64,000 nucleotides of DNA from Elusimicrobiota bacterium (GTDB lineage: Bacteria > Elusimicrobiota > Elusimicrobia > UBA1565 > JACRDR01), in assembly GCA_016194745.1 (NCBI GenBank), contig JACQBA010000012.1, positions 9,165 through 73,164 on the forward strand, in the 5' to 3' direction. Position numbers and translations under genes: made by a program. This document shows, in pieces, positions 25,356-33,633 of the stretch. Positions within the stretch are counted from its first letter, which is position 1, and every line of letters begins with the position of its first letter. A model generated the notes under the pieces. It made no database searches. It had not been told where the DNA came from and saw only the letters and a program-made list of their open reading frames with translations.

Positions 25356-26890
25356 GCGGGCTCCTCCATCGCGCCGTCCTCGCGACGCGGCGCGTCCCGG
25401 GGCTCTCCGCGCTCTATCGCGGCGTGTACGGCGGCGCCACCTGGGCGTCGGCGCGCGCCTTCGCGTCCGTGCCCGGCGTCGACGGCGTCCATCTGCATCG
25501 CGGCCTGAGCCGCCCCGGCTGGGAGCCCGGGGTGAGCGACATCGATCTCCTGCTCGTCCGCCGCGGCGAGGGCCGCGCGGGAGAGCACGAGCTCCTGCGC
25601 GGCGTCGCGCCGCGCCTGCGCTCGCTGCGCCGGACGTTTCCCATGCTCGGAGACCTGTGGATCGGATCTCGGTCCGAGTACTCCAATTACCTCGCGTGGG
25701 GCGGCATGCGCGCGTGGGAGGATTCTCCCGACTGGAAGCGGCTCGCCGGTGAGCCGCTGCCGCGGCCGCGCCTCCTCGAGAGCGGGGGCAAGCGGCGCTG
25801 GCTCGACCCTTGGGTGTGGCTGTTCGTCAGCCAGATGGAGGTCTCGCGCCGCGTCTTCGCCCGGGGCGGCGCGCGCGATGCGAAGGGTCAGGCCGACGCG
25901 CGCAAGCTCTACTTGGACGTCTGGAGGCTGTCGGAGCACTTGTTGGACGACGGCTCGACGCGGCCCGCCAGCCGCGAGGAAGCGCGCGCGCGCGCGCCGC
26001 TCGACCGGGACTTGAGCGCGCTGTGGCTCGACGGCTCTCTGCGGCTCGCGCGCGCCTCGCGCCGCGTCCTCGCGCGCGCCGCGTGCGCGCACGCTCGGTC
26101 GACCGTGTTTCCCGCTCCGCCCTCGGACGGCGGCCTTCTCGCGCGCTTGGCCGCGGCTCCCGCGTCGTGCGCCGTCTCGGCCCAGCCGTACCACACCTTC
26201 GTCGTGCTCGAGGACGGAGCCGACGCGCGCGCGCACGGACGCCTCGCCGAGAGGATCATCGCGGAGTCCGTCGCGGGCGTGCCGCTCGTCGTCGAGCGCT
26301 CGACCTTCGCGCTGGCGCTTCAGTCGTCCTATCTCGGGGCGCCGCTCGGCTGGCTCGGCAGCGGCGGCGGCGGGGCCTCGCCCGAGGGAGAGTCCCTGTT
26401 TCCGGGCTGGTCGCCGCGCGCCGCGGGGGCGCCGCTCGGCGACCTGCCGCTGTTGCCCGAGAGCTGGCGCTGGCAGTCGGCCGCGGAGGCCTCCTCGTGG
26501 ATGGCGCTCTGGTGGCGCTATCTGTGGATCAGCCCGGGCTGGTCGAACCGCTTCGTCCTGTTCCACCTCTACACGCGCGCGCTCGGCCTGCGCCTCGCGT
26601 TGCGGGGAGAGGAGACCGGGCCCTTCGGGGACTGGGAGCTCCTGATCGCCCGCGCCGCGGCCGCGTTCCCGGAGGAGAGCCGGCGGCTCCTGCGCGTGCG
26701 CACGCTTCTACTCGAGGAGCGCCCTGCCGACCTCGACTCGGACGACCGCGCGCGGGTGCAGCTCGCGCACGTGGACGCGGTGTCCGGCATCCTGGCGGGA
26801 GCCGGGGCGGACTTGGCCGCGGCCGAAACGCCGGGGCCGGCGCCCGCTTCGGACGCCGGCCCCGGACCGAATCGTCCCGCTTCAGCTTAG
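25352..26890 (+). CDS. Hypothetical protein with an N-terminal minimal nucleotidyltransferase-like motif
   Basis: GTG at 25352 overlaps the GT2 stop (GTGA). HRGLSRPGWEPGVSDIDLLLV resembles a Pol-beta-type G[SG]-x(n)-DxD motif. The rest is unassigned. Confidence 0.5.
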   Translation: MSGLLHRAVLATRRVPGLSALYRGVYGGATWASARAFASVPGVDGVHLHRGLSRPGWEPGVSDIDLLLVRRGEGRAGEHELLRGVAPRLRSLRRTFPMLGDLWIGSRSEYSNYLAWGGMRAWEDSPDWKRLAGEPLPRPRLLESGGKRRWLDPWVWLFVSQMEVSRRVFARGGARDAKGQADARKLYLDVWRLSEHLLDDGSTRPASREEARARAPLDRDLSALWLDGSLRLARASRRVLARAACAHARSTVFPAPPSDGGLLARLAAAPASCAVSAQPYHTFVVLEDGADARAHGRLAERIIAESVAGVPLVVERSTFALALQSSYLGAPLGWLGSGGGGASPEGESLFPGWSPRAAGAPLGDLPLLPESWRWQSAAEASSWMALWWRYLWISPGWSNRFVLFHLYTRALGLRLALRGEETGPFGDWELLIARAAAAFPEESRRLLRVRTLLLEERPADLDSDDRARVQLAHVDAVSGILAGAGADLAAAETPGPAPASDAGPGPNRPASA

Positions 26891-29403
26891 GAGCATTCCG
26901 AGTAGCCGCAGTCCTTGCAGCTCGGTCCCGAGCAGCCGGACTCGTGCGCGACGTTGCTCGAGTAGCACTTCGGGCAGAACTCCGCCTTGGCGAGGTTCGC
27001 GATCGACTCCACGGACTTCGTCTCCTGCCCGCCGCTGTCGTCGAGCCAGCCCGTCTTCTTGAGGTGCGTGCGCATCGCGATCGAGATCGCGTGGGCGATC
27101 GAGTTGACGCGCGCGTCGCCGAAGCCGACGGACCGGTCGCCCTTCACCGCGTTCAAGTGCTTGAGGATACGGATCGGGTCGCCGCCCTCGGCGAGGTATT
27201 TCGACAGCAGGATGCCGATGAGCGAGGTCAGCCCCGAAATCTCGGTGCCGAGCGGCGGGATGTTGGTGAACACCTGGTACGGGCCGCGTTCGTCGTAGTT
27301 GATGTGGATGTGCAGCGGCCCGTAGCCCGTCTTCACCTGATAGTACTCGGACTTGACGCCGAACGCCTCCGACGGGTCCCTCCGCTTCCTTTTCGCGGCG
27401 GCGCCGGACGCGGAGAGGTTGAGCACCTGCTGCGCCTTCGAGCCGTCGCGGTAGATCGTGATGCCCTTGCAGCCCAGCTCGTAGGCCATCGTGTAGGCGC
27501 GGCGCACGTCGTCCACCGTCGCCGAATTCGGCAGGTTGATCGTCTTGGAGACGCCGTTATCGACGTGCTTCTGGAACGCGGCCTGCACCTGCACGTGGAA
27601 CTCGACGGAGACGTCGTGGGAGGCCGGGAAGAGCTTCTGGATGTGCGGCGGGATCTCCTTGATGCCGCGCACCGACTTGTGGTTGTCGTCGATCCGCCGC
27701 CAGAGCTCCGACTCCCCGAGACCGAAGTAGCGGTGCTTGTGGGCGACCTCCTTGAAGAGGGGGTTCACCTCGAAGAACACGTCCTTGTCCTCGGGCGTCT
27801 CGCCCTTCTTGACCGCGTCGAGCGCCTTCGCGTTGTAGCGCGTGTAGGCGATGGCGAAGAAGGGCTCGATGCCGCCGCCCTGGAGCCCCGCCGCGATCGC
27901 GATCGTCCCGGTCGGGGCGATCGTCGTCCGCGCGCAGTTCCTCGGCAGCCGCCGCTCGCCCCGGAAGTACGGGCCTTCCGGATCGTAGATCGAGCTCTTC
28001 CAGTTCGGGAAGACCCCGCGCTCCTTGGCGATCTCCTCCGAGGCGTCGAGCGAGGCGTCGTTGATCGCCCGCATCAGCTTGTCGGCGAAGTCGAGCGCCG
28101 CGTGCGAGTCGAAGGCGACTCCCAGCTTGGCGAGCGCCTCCGCCCAGCCCATGACGCCGAGGCCGATCCTCCGGTTGCCCTTGGCCATCCGCTCGATCTC
28201 GGGCAGGGGGTAGTTGTTGATCTCGATCACGTCGTCGAGCAGGCGGATCGAGACGCGCACGACCTCCTTGAGCCGCTCGAAGTCGAAGGTGCCCTCGAGG
28301 AGCGGACCCTCGACGAAGTTCGCGAGGTTGATCGAGCCCAGGTTGCACGGCTCCCACGGGAGGAGCGGCTGTTCGCCGCAGGGGTTCGTCGACTCGATCT
28401 GCCCGAGCGCCGGCGTCGGGTTGGATCCCGAGGCGTTGATCCGGTCGATCACGACGTAGCCCGGATCGCCCGACTTCCAGGCGTGCTCGACCATCAGGTC
28501 GAAGACTTCCTTCGCGCGCACGCGCCCCGTGGGCTCGCCCGTGCGGGGATTGACGAGGTCGTACTCGGCGTCCGCGGCGACCGCCTTCATGAACTTGTCG
28601 TCGATCGCCACCGAGACGTTGAAATTCTCCATGACGGAGGCCTGGGATTTCATGAGGATGAAGTCCTTGATCTCGGGGTGGGTGTAGTGGAGGATCCCCA
28701 TGTTCGCCCCGCGCCGCGTGCCGCCCTGCTTCACGACGTCCGTCATCTTGTCGTACAGCTGCATGAAGGACAAGGCTCCGGAGGCGACGCCCTGCGTCTT
28801 CTTGACGAGGTCGTTCTTCGGCCGCAGGCGGCTGAAGGCGAACCCCGTGCCGCCGCCCGACTTCTGGATCAGCGACTGGGCCGCGAGCGCCTTGTTGATG
28901 CCTTCCATCGAGTCGGCCACGGGCAGCACGTAGCAGGCGGAGAGCTGCTGCAGCTCGCGCCCGGCGTTCATCAGGGTCGGCGAGTTGGGGAGGAAGTCCC
29001 AGCGGCTCATGACGCCGTAGAAGCGCGTCCGCCAGTCGTCGACCAGGAGCCGGGCCTCAGGCGTCTTCTCGTAGACGCTCTGAAGGTTGCGCTGCAGGCG
29101 CGCGAAGTTGGCCTCCCGCTCCGACGCTTCCAGCAGGCCCTCGTGCAGGAGCACCTGGTGCGATGCTGTCTGCCCGGGGCCGTACGCGGGGACGGCGTGG
29201 GTCGCGTGTTTGACGCCCTCGAAGACGCCCCACGGTTCCGCCTGAGGGTGGAACAGGATCTCCGCCAGCGCCAGGTTGTGCGCGACGCCGTCCAGCCAGG
29301 CCTCGACCGACGGCGCGTCGCGCAGATATTTGTCCTTGATCACCTTCTTTTGGTTCTCGGTGAGAGACAGGGCGACGGCGGGCTTGGCAGCGGGTTCTTG
29401 CAT
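26887..29403 (-). CDS. nrdJ: Adenosylcobalamin-dependent (class II) ribonucleotide reductase
   Basis: 838 aa. Motifs TNPCGEQPLLPWEPCNLGSINL and MGWAEAL, plus a C-terminal Cys-rich tail CPKCYSS...CSGPSCKDCGYSEC. Confidence 0.95.
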   Translation of the reverse strand: MQEPAAKPAVALSLTENQKKVIKDKYLRDAPSVEAWLDGVAHNLALAEILFHPQAEPWGVFEGVKHATHAVPAYGPGQTASHQVLLHEGLLEASEREANFARLQRNLQSVYEKTPEARLLVDDWRTRFYGVMSRWDFLPNSPTLMNAGRELQQLSACYVLPVADSMEGINKALAAQSLIQKSGGGTGFAFSRLRPKNDLVKKTQGVASGALSFMQLYDKMTDVVKQGGTRRGANMGILHYTHPEIKDFILMKSQASVMENFNVSVAIDDKFMKAVAADAEYDLVNPRTGEPTGRVRAKEVFDLMVEHAWKSGDPGYVVIDRINASGSNPTPALGQIESTNPCGEQPLLPWEPCNLGSINLANFVEGPLLEGTFDFERLKEVVRVSIRLLDDVIEINNYPLPEIERMAKGNRRIGLGVMGWAEALAKLGVAFDSHAALDFADKLMRAINDASLDASEEIAKERGVFPNWKSSIYDPEGPYFRGERRLPRNCARTTIAPTGTIAIAAGLQGGGIEPFFAIAYTRYNAKALDAVKKGETPEDKDVFFEVNPLFKEVAHKHRYFGLGESELWRRIDDNHKSVRGIKEIPPHIQKLFPASHDVSVEFHVQVQAAFQKHVDNGVSKTINLPNSATVDDVRRAYTMAYELGCKGITIYRDGSKAQQVLNLSASGAAAKRKRRDPSEAFGVKSEYYQVKTGYGPLHIHINYDERGPYQVFTNIPPLGTEISGLTSLIGILLSKYLAEGGDPIRILKHLNAVKGDRSVGFGDARVNSIAHAISIAMRTHLKKTGWLDDSGGQETKSVESIANLAKAEFCPKCYSSNVAHESGCSGPSCKDCGYSECS

Positions 29404-29466
29404 GGGGTTTCGCGCCTCCTACTGTTGGGTTGGCCAGGGCTCGGCGCGTCGGGCGCTGGCATTCCT

Positions 29467-29495
29467 AGTATAGAGGCGGAGCCCGATTTTGTCAA
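29467..29495 (-). promoter_or_regulatory. Consensus sigma-70-type promoter of nrdJ
   Basis: Minus strand reads TTGACA-17 nt-TATACT (plus-strand tgtcaa 29490..29495 and agtata 29467..29472). An AGGAGG SD precedes the ATG at 29403. The predicted leader is about 57 nt. Confidence 0.55.
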
Positions 29496-29582
29496 CGGGG
29501 GGATTGTAAAATCTGAGCACCGTCATAAAATAAACAACACTAGATGATAATAGATGGACGACTCCTAGGACTCTTTTGGGTC

Positions 29583-29611
29583 TTGACGAAACGAGGTTTG
29601 GGCTCTATACT
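29583..29611 (+). promoter_or_regulatory. Divergent consensus promoter on the plus strand
   Basis: TTGACG (29583..29588), a 17-nt spacer, then TATACT (29606..29611). No protein gene lies downstream on this strand. Confidence 0.45.
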
Positions 29612-29617
29612 CCCGCG

Positions 29618-29713
29618 TAAGGGACACTCGCTTCGGCGAGCTACCTAAAAAAACCTTCCTGCGGCTTCGGCTGCGGAAACGGGAAATCCCCTTCAAGGGG
29701 ATTTCCCGTTTTT
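29618..29713 (+). ncRNA. Candidate small RNA (about 96 nt, unassigned family)
   Basis: Bounded by the plus-strand promoter and a 14-bp-stem terminator with a T5 tract. Contains ctcgcTTCGgcgag and ctgcggcTTCGgctgcgg hairpins (UUCG loops). No ATG-initiated ORF. Confidence 0.3.
29678..29713. terminator. Intrinsic terminator hairpin, probably bidirectional
   Basis: aacgggaaatcccc-ttcaa-ggggatttcccgtt followed by ttt on the plus strand (cccgttttt in total) and an A-tract on the other side. It lies 21 nt past the stop of the minus-strand gene 29734..31353. Confidence 0.7.
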
Positions 29714-29733
29714 AGGGGTGCGGAGCGCGGCCG

Positions 29734-31353
29734 TTATCTCTCGTCCTTTCGGACGGCCGACATGAGGCTCGACTTGACGCTGCTCAGCGAGTCCATGATC
29801 TTGTTGAGCCCCGCGGTGCCTACGCCGGCCGCGAAGAGCGACGAGAAGATGACGCCGCCGATGCCACCCATGATCCCCGTGACCCCGAACCAGACCAGCG
29901 GGTTGAGCAGGATCGCGGGGACGCCGGCCCAGAGATAGAGCGGGATGTAGGCGAGCGACAGCACGATCGCGGAAATCCGGACCCAGGTGCCGCGAGAGCG
30001 CTCGGCGGCGTTGATTCCAAGGACGTAGTCCCACAAGCCGTAGCGCTCTCCATATTCCTTTCGGAGCTGATCCATGTTGATCGGCTCGGGCGCCGAGTCC
30101 GCCGACGCGACCGACTCCTGCGCGCCGGCCTTCGCCATCATGGCGCGGACTCCGGAACGCGTGTCGGCGTTCGGCGAGCCGTGGAAATCGGGCAGCTTGA
30201 GGTCCTTGAGGTGCCGCTGCGTCCACGAGCGGAGCGAAAAGCCGCTGACCTGCTGCTCGACCGCTTTGCGCGCGGCCTCGTGGTCCAGGGCGGCTTCCTT
30301 CTCGGTCATGCTCTTGATCGATTGCCAGTCCGTCTTGGCGAAGCTCTCGACCTGCGGGGTCGCGCTGTTCATGCCGAAGAGCTGCTTGCTGGCCTCGACG
30401 AGCCGCTCGGGCACCATGGCGAGAGCGAACATGTGGACGAAGAAGCCGCCTACCTTTAGCAGCGCGTCCATGATCCCTTCCGACGGGACGATGGCCGGAT
30501 CGCCGGCCGCCAGCGCGCCGAGCGTCATCGCGACGAGAAGGACGGCGGTCCATGCCGTGAGCTGGGACGAATAGCGGGCCGCCGAGCGGGCCGTGCCGCG
30601 CGGCGCCGGGATGGACGCCGCGGGAGACTCCGCCTGACGGACTCTCGCGTCGGAGCGGCCGAGACCGCTCGAGGCGGCGGCCGGAGCGGAATAGTGCGTC
30701 ACGGAAGCGAGCGGCGCCGCCGCCTGGGCCGCGCCGCCGCGCTCCCACGTCGAGCTCAAGCTGGCGGCGGTAGACTCGTCGACGGTCTTGCGGCCGACGA
30801 AGCCTGAGATGCGTCCGAGGAAGCGTCCGGTCGCGGCGAGTACGCCTTCCTTCTTAGAGGCTTCGCCGGGCGCTTTGCCTTCGGGGAACCAGATGGAGTA
30901 CCCCGCGGAATCGCGGCCCCGGCTCGCGCCGGGAAACATCGGCGTGCCGAACGGGAGGTGCGCGTCGGCGGTCGCGGCGACAGCCGGAGACCGCCGGGCG
31001 TCGCGGGCGAGCGCTCCGCCTCCCGTCAGCGCCTGCGGGGCGGAAAGCCTGGCCGAGCCGAGGGTCGTCATCTCGGAGGCGAAGGTGGGCTGCGACAGCA
31101 TGTTGGAGTCGAGCGTGCTCAAGGACAGCGACGGCCCGAGCGTCGTCATCTCGGTGAAGGATGGCGCCGCGAGTCCGAGGGACGCTCCGCCGAGGGGCGT
31201 CTCGACGCGGCCGACGGAGCGGGCGCCGGTCGCGCTTTGGGCGAACTGCGCGTAGGCCTCCGACGGCGCCGATCCCCCGACGATCAACGCGGACAATACG
31301 GCCGCGGCGGCTCTGGACGACAAGGGGACCCGGCTGGCGTGGAACGAGGACAT
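29734..31353 (-). CDS. Hypothetical secreted/membrane protein
   Basis: N-terminal signal-like AAAAVLSALIVGGSAPSEAYA, an internal duplicated (T/S)EMTTLG motif, and C-terminal Gly-zipper TM helices (GIMGGIGGVIFSSLFAAGVGTAG). AGGAGG lies upstream. Confidence 0.55.
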   Translation of the reverse strand: MSSFHASRVPLSSRAAAAVLSALIVGGSAPSEAYAQFAQSATGARSVGRVETPLGGASLGLAAPSFTEMTTLGPSLSLSTLDSNMLSQPTFASEMTTLGSARLSAPQALTGGGALARDARRSPAVAATADAHLPFGTPMFPGASRGRDSAGYSIWFPEGKAPGEASKKEGVLAATGRFLGRISGFVGRKTVDESTAASLSSTWERGGAAQAAAPLASVTHYSAPAAASSGLGRSDARVRQAESPAASIPAPRGTARSAARYSSQLTAWTAVLLVAMTLGALAAGDPAIVPSEGIMDALLKVGGFFVHMFALAMVPERLVEASKQLFGMNSATPQVESFAKTDWQSIKSMTEKEAALDHEAARKAVEQQVSGFSLRSWTQRHLKDLKLPDFHGSPNADTRSGVRAMMAKAGAQESVASADSAPEPINMDQLRKEYGERYGLWDYVLGINAAERSRGTWVRISAIVLSLAYIPLYLWAGVPAILLNPLVWFGVTGIMGGIGGVIFSSLFAAGVGTAGLNKIMDSLSSVKSSLMSAVRKDER

Positions 31354-31480
31354 AGGTGCGCTGCCTCCTGTGTACGACAGGGGTAGAGGATACCACGAGA
31401 TGGGTGAATCGAGCTAAAGCCCATGGGGGAAGCGGGAGGGGCTTAATGGACCTGGGTGAAAATGGGTCCTTAGGCGGCGC

Positions 31481-32248
31481 TTAGGGTTTCTGGACCGTGG
31501 CGGCTTTGCGCCCGGCGTGGGCGAAGCCGTTGAAGAAGGTGCGGAGGCGCTGCCTCACGCCGCCGGTATGGACGTAGAGCGTGCTGTGATCGTCCTGCTC
31601 CGGGATGTCGTCTCGGCCCTGGGTGTAGTAGTACACGCTCAGGGACCGGCGCGTCCTGCCGCCGGTGCGCAGCGCGACGGGATGCCCGTGGAAGGATATC
31701 TCGTTCGTCTCGAACACGACGCAGCGGTTGAAGGCCGGAGCGACATTGCCGACCCGCTCCCGTCGGTCCATGTCCCAGAGCTCGAGGTAGCCGCCGTATT
31801 CCTCGCGCCAATCCGGGTTGAGGTAGACGATGGCGTTGAGCCGCCGGTCGAGGCCCTTGTGGCGGTTGAAGTCGACGTGCACGTCCAAGTAGCCGCCGTC
31901 GACGACCTGGTGGTATCCCGCCCCCGAGAGGTCCGGGTCCGAGAGCAGCGCGGGGATCCCCGTCACGTCCGACAGGAAGCCGCGGAACTCGGGCGAGTTG
32001 ATCTCGTTGTAAAACTCGGCCGCGCACGAGCCCGCGACGCAGGGCTGCGTCCACTTGCCGCGCGCGTGCAGGCCGCGGGCGTCCACCCAATCCTTCCCGA
32101 TCGCGGGGTACTCGGCGAGGACCCGCTTCGCCTCCGCCAGGTGCAGGAAATCCTCGATGACCGCGAAGCGGAACGGACGCAGCCGGCCGAACTCCTCCTT
32201 GATGGAAGAGGCCCGGGAGCGCAGGCTCGCCATGTCGATCACCCGCAT
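31481..32248 (-). CDS. 2OG-Fe(II) oxygenase family protein (prolyl-4-hydroxylase-like)
   Basis: GGYLDVHVDFN (H-x-D), LNAIVYLNPDWREEYGGYLELW, ISFHGHP, RRSLSVYYY. Confidence 0.75.
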   Translation of the reverse strand: MRVIDMASLRSRASSIKEEFGRLRPFRFAVIEDFLHLAEAKRVLAEYPAIGKDWVDARGLHARGKWTQPCVAGSCAAEFYNEINSPEFRGFLSDVTGIPALLSDPDLSGAGYHQVVDGGYLDVHVDFNRHKGLDRRLNAIVYLNPDWREEYGGYLELWDMDRRERVGNVAPAFNRCVVFETNEISFHGHPVALRTGGRTRRSLSVYYYTQGRDDIPEQDDHSTLYVHTGGVRQRLRTFFNGFAHAGRKAATVQKP

Positions 32249-32293
32249 CGTTGACTCATCTTACCATTTGGAAATTATGTAGAATCAACGTCC

Positions 32294-32830
32294 ATGGACC
32301 TCATTCGCTTCGGCGTCGGATTGTTCAAACTCGCCGTGTCCGTTTTGCTTTCCGTCGGCGTCGTGTTCATCACCTACAAGGTGTTCGTCAAGGCCAACAC
32401 GGACTTCGACGAGATCCAGGCGATCAAGGACGGCAACACCGCTGTCGGCGTTCTCGTCGCGGCCCTCCTCCTCGCCTCCGCGAACATCATCTTCCAGGGC
32501 CTCACCCCGCTCCTGAACCTCTTGACCGTGCACCTCGGCCATTCCTCGTCCGTGTCGAACTGGCAGATCGCCCTCTACGGCGTGGGCAATCTGCTCATGG
32601 CCTTCACGCTGTCCATCGTGGCGATGTCCTTCTCGCTGCGGATGTTCGGGCGCTTGACCCGGCCCGCGATGCGCGCGGGCGTCGAGCTCGAGCACGGCAA
32701 CCTCGCGGTCGGCATCCTGCTCTCGGGCGTGGTCCTCGTGGTCGGGCTCTACATCGGCGACGGCGTGAACGCCTTGTCGAAGGCGATCATCCCGCAGCCG
32801 ACGATGAGCAGCGTCCAGATCATGCGGTGA
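32294..32830 (+). CDS. DUF350-domain membrane protein
   Basis: Two DUF350-like repeats (FDEIQAIKDGNTAVGVLVAA and ELEHGNLAVGILLSGVVLV) with four TM helices. Confidence 0.75.
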   Translation: MDLIRFGVGLFKLAVSVLLSVGVVFITYKVFVKANTDFDEIQAIKDGNTAVGVLVAALLLASANIIFQGLTPLLNLLTVHLGHSSSVSNWQIALYGVGNLLMAFTLSIVAMSFSLRMFGRLTRPAMRAGVELEHGNLAVGILLSGVVLVVGLYIGDGVNALSKAIIPQPTMSSVQIMR

Positions 32831-32871
32831 TGACGGCGCGCCATGCATGGCGCGTTGCCGTTTTATCCGTG

Positions 32872-33633
32872 ATGAAACGCATTTTTTTCTCCAGCTTGTC
32901 CGCCGCCCTCCTTGGAATCTCTCAAGCCGCCGCGGCGTCCGAAGTCCACAAGCCTCCCGTAGTGACGCGCGAACAGTGGGGAAGCAAGCCGCACCCGATC
33001 CCGGCCTCGCGCAAGCAGACCCCGGTCTGGATCACGATCCACCACGCGGGCGAGCTGTGGACCGCCCGCGTCGATCCCGCGACGTTCGTGCGGAACATGC
33101 AGGTATGGGGCCAGAATCGGCCCCGCATTGAAAAGCCGCCGCGCGACACGTACTGGCCCGATCTTCCGTATCACTTCCTGATTGCGCCGGACGGGCGCAT
33201 CTACGAGGGCCGGCCGGTCGAGTACGAGCCGGAGAGCAACACGAACTATCCGCTGAACGGGAACATCGGCGTCGAGATGATGGGCGACTTCAACCGCCAG
33301 CGCCCGAGCTCCGCGCAGCTGCGCGCGGCCGTCCAATTGACGGCCTGGCTCGCGCAGACCCATCGCATCCCCATGGACCATATCCGGACGCACCGCGACG
33401 CGGCGCCCAGGGAGACCGACTGCCCGGGCAAGGACTTCACTCGCTACATGAAGGACGGCCAGTTCAAGGCGTGGGTCGCGGCGACGCTCAAGGGCGAGAC
33501 GCCGGACGTCAATCCCGGCCCCGCGCTCCGGGGCGGCCCGACGGCGCCGATCCCGGGCGGCAAGACGGCGGAAGTCCGCGACGACGCGGCTCGTCCCGTC
33601 ACCGGCGAGAAGGCCGTCTTCACCCAGCCATGA
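32872..33633 (+). CDS. N-acetylmuramoyl-L-alanine amidase / PGRP-type (Amidase_2) protein
   Basis: Signal peptide MKRIFFSSLSAALLGISQAAAA. Motifs ITIHHAG, YHFLIAPDGRIYEGR, THRDAAPRETDCPG. An alternative start is at 32830. Confidence 0.8.
   Translation: MKRIFFSSLSAALLGISQAAAASEVHKPPVVTREQWGSKPHPIPASRKQTPVWITIHHAGELWTARVDPATFVRNMQVWGQNRPRIEKPPRDTYWPDLPYHFLIAPDGRIYEGRPVEYEPESNTNYPLNGNIGVEMMGDFNRQRPSSAQLRAAVQLTAWLAQTHRIPMDHIRTHRDAAPRETDCPGKDFTRYMKDGQFKAWVAATLKGETPDVNPGPALRGGPTAPIPGGKTAEVRDDAARPVTGEKAVFTQP

Noticed and set aside
29404-29466. Possible cobalamin riboswitch in the nrdJ leader, since the enzyme uses B12.
   Set aside because: The predicted leader is only about 57 nt, far shorter than a B12 aptamer. 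I see no B12-box-like element. B12 riboswitches normally repress B12-independent isozymes rather than nrdJ.
25810-29547. 1245-aa plus-strand ORF, the longest in the track.
   Set aside because: It is antisense to nrdJ over most of its length and out of frame across the 25352..26890 gene. The composition is dominated by R/A/G/D/V/L runs with no motifs. It is a shadow of nrdJ codon bias.
29535-29555. NrdR box upstream of the nrdJ promoter (minus strand ..catctagtgt..).
   Set aside because: Only one half of the 16-bp palindrome (acaCwAtATaTwGtgt) is approximated, and no second box at the usual helical spacing was found. It remains a possibility only inside the AT-rich spacer.
32251-32293. Sigma-70 promoter for the DUF350 gene (TTGACT ... 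TAGAAT).
   Set aside because: The spacing between the two hexamers is 23 nt, too long for a functional pair. The alternative -10 at 17-nt spacing (ATTATG) is weak.
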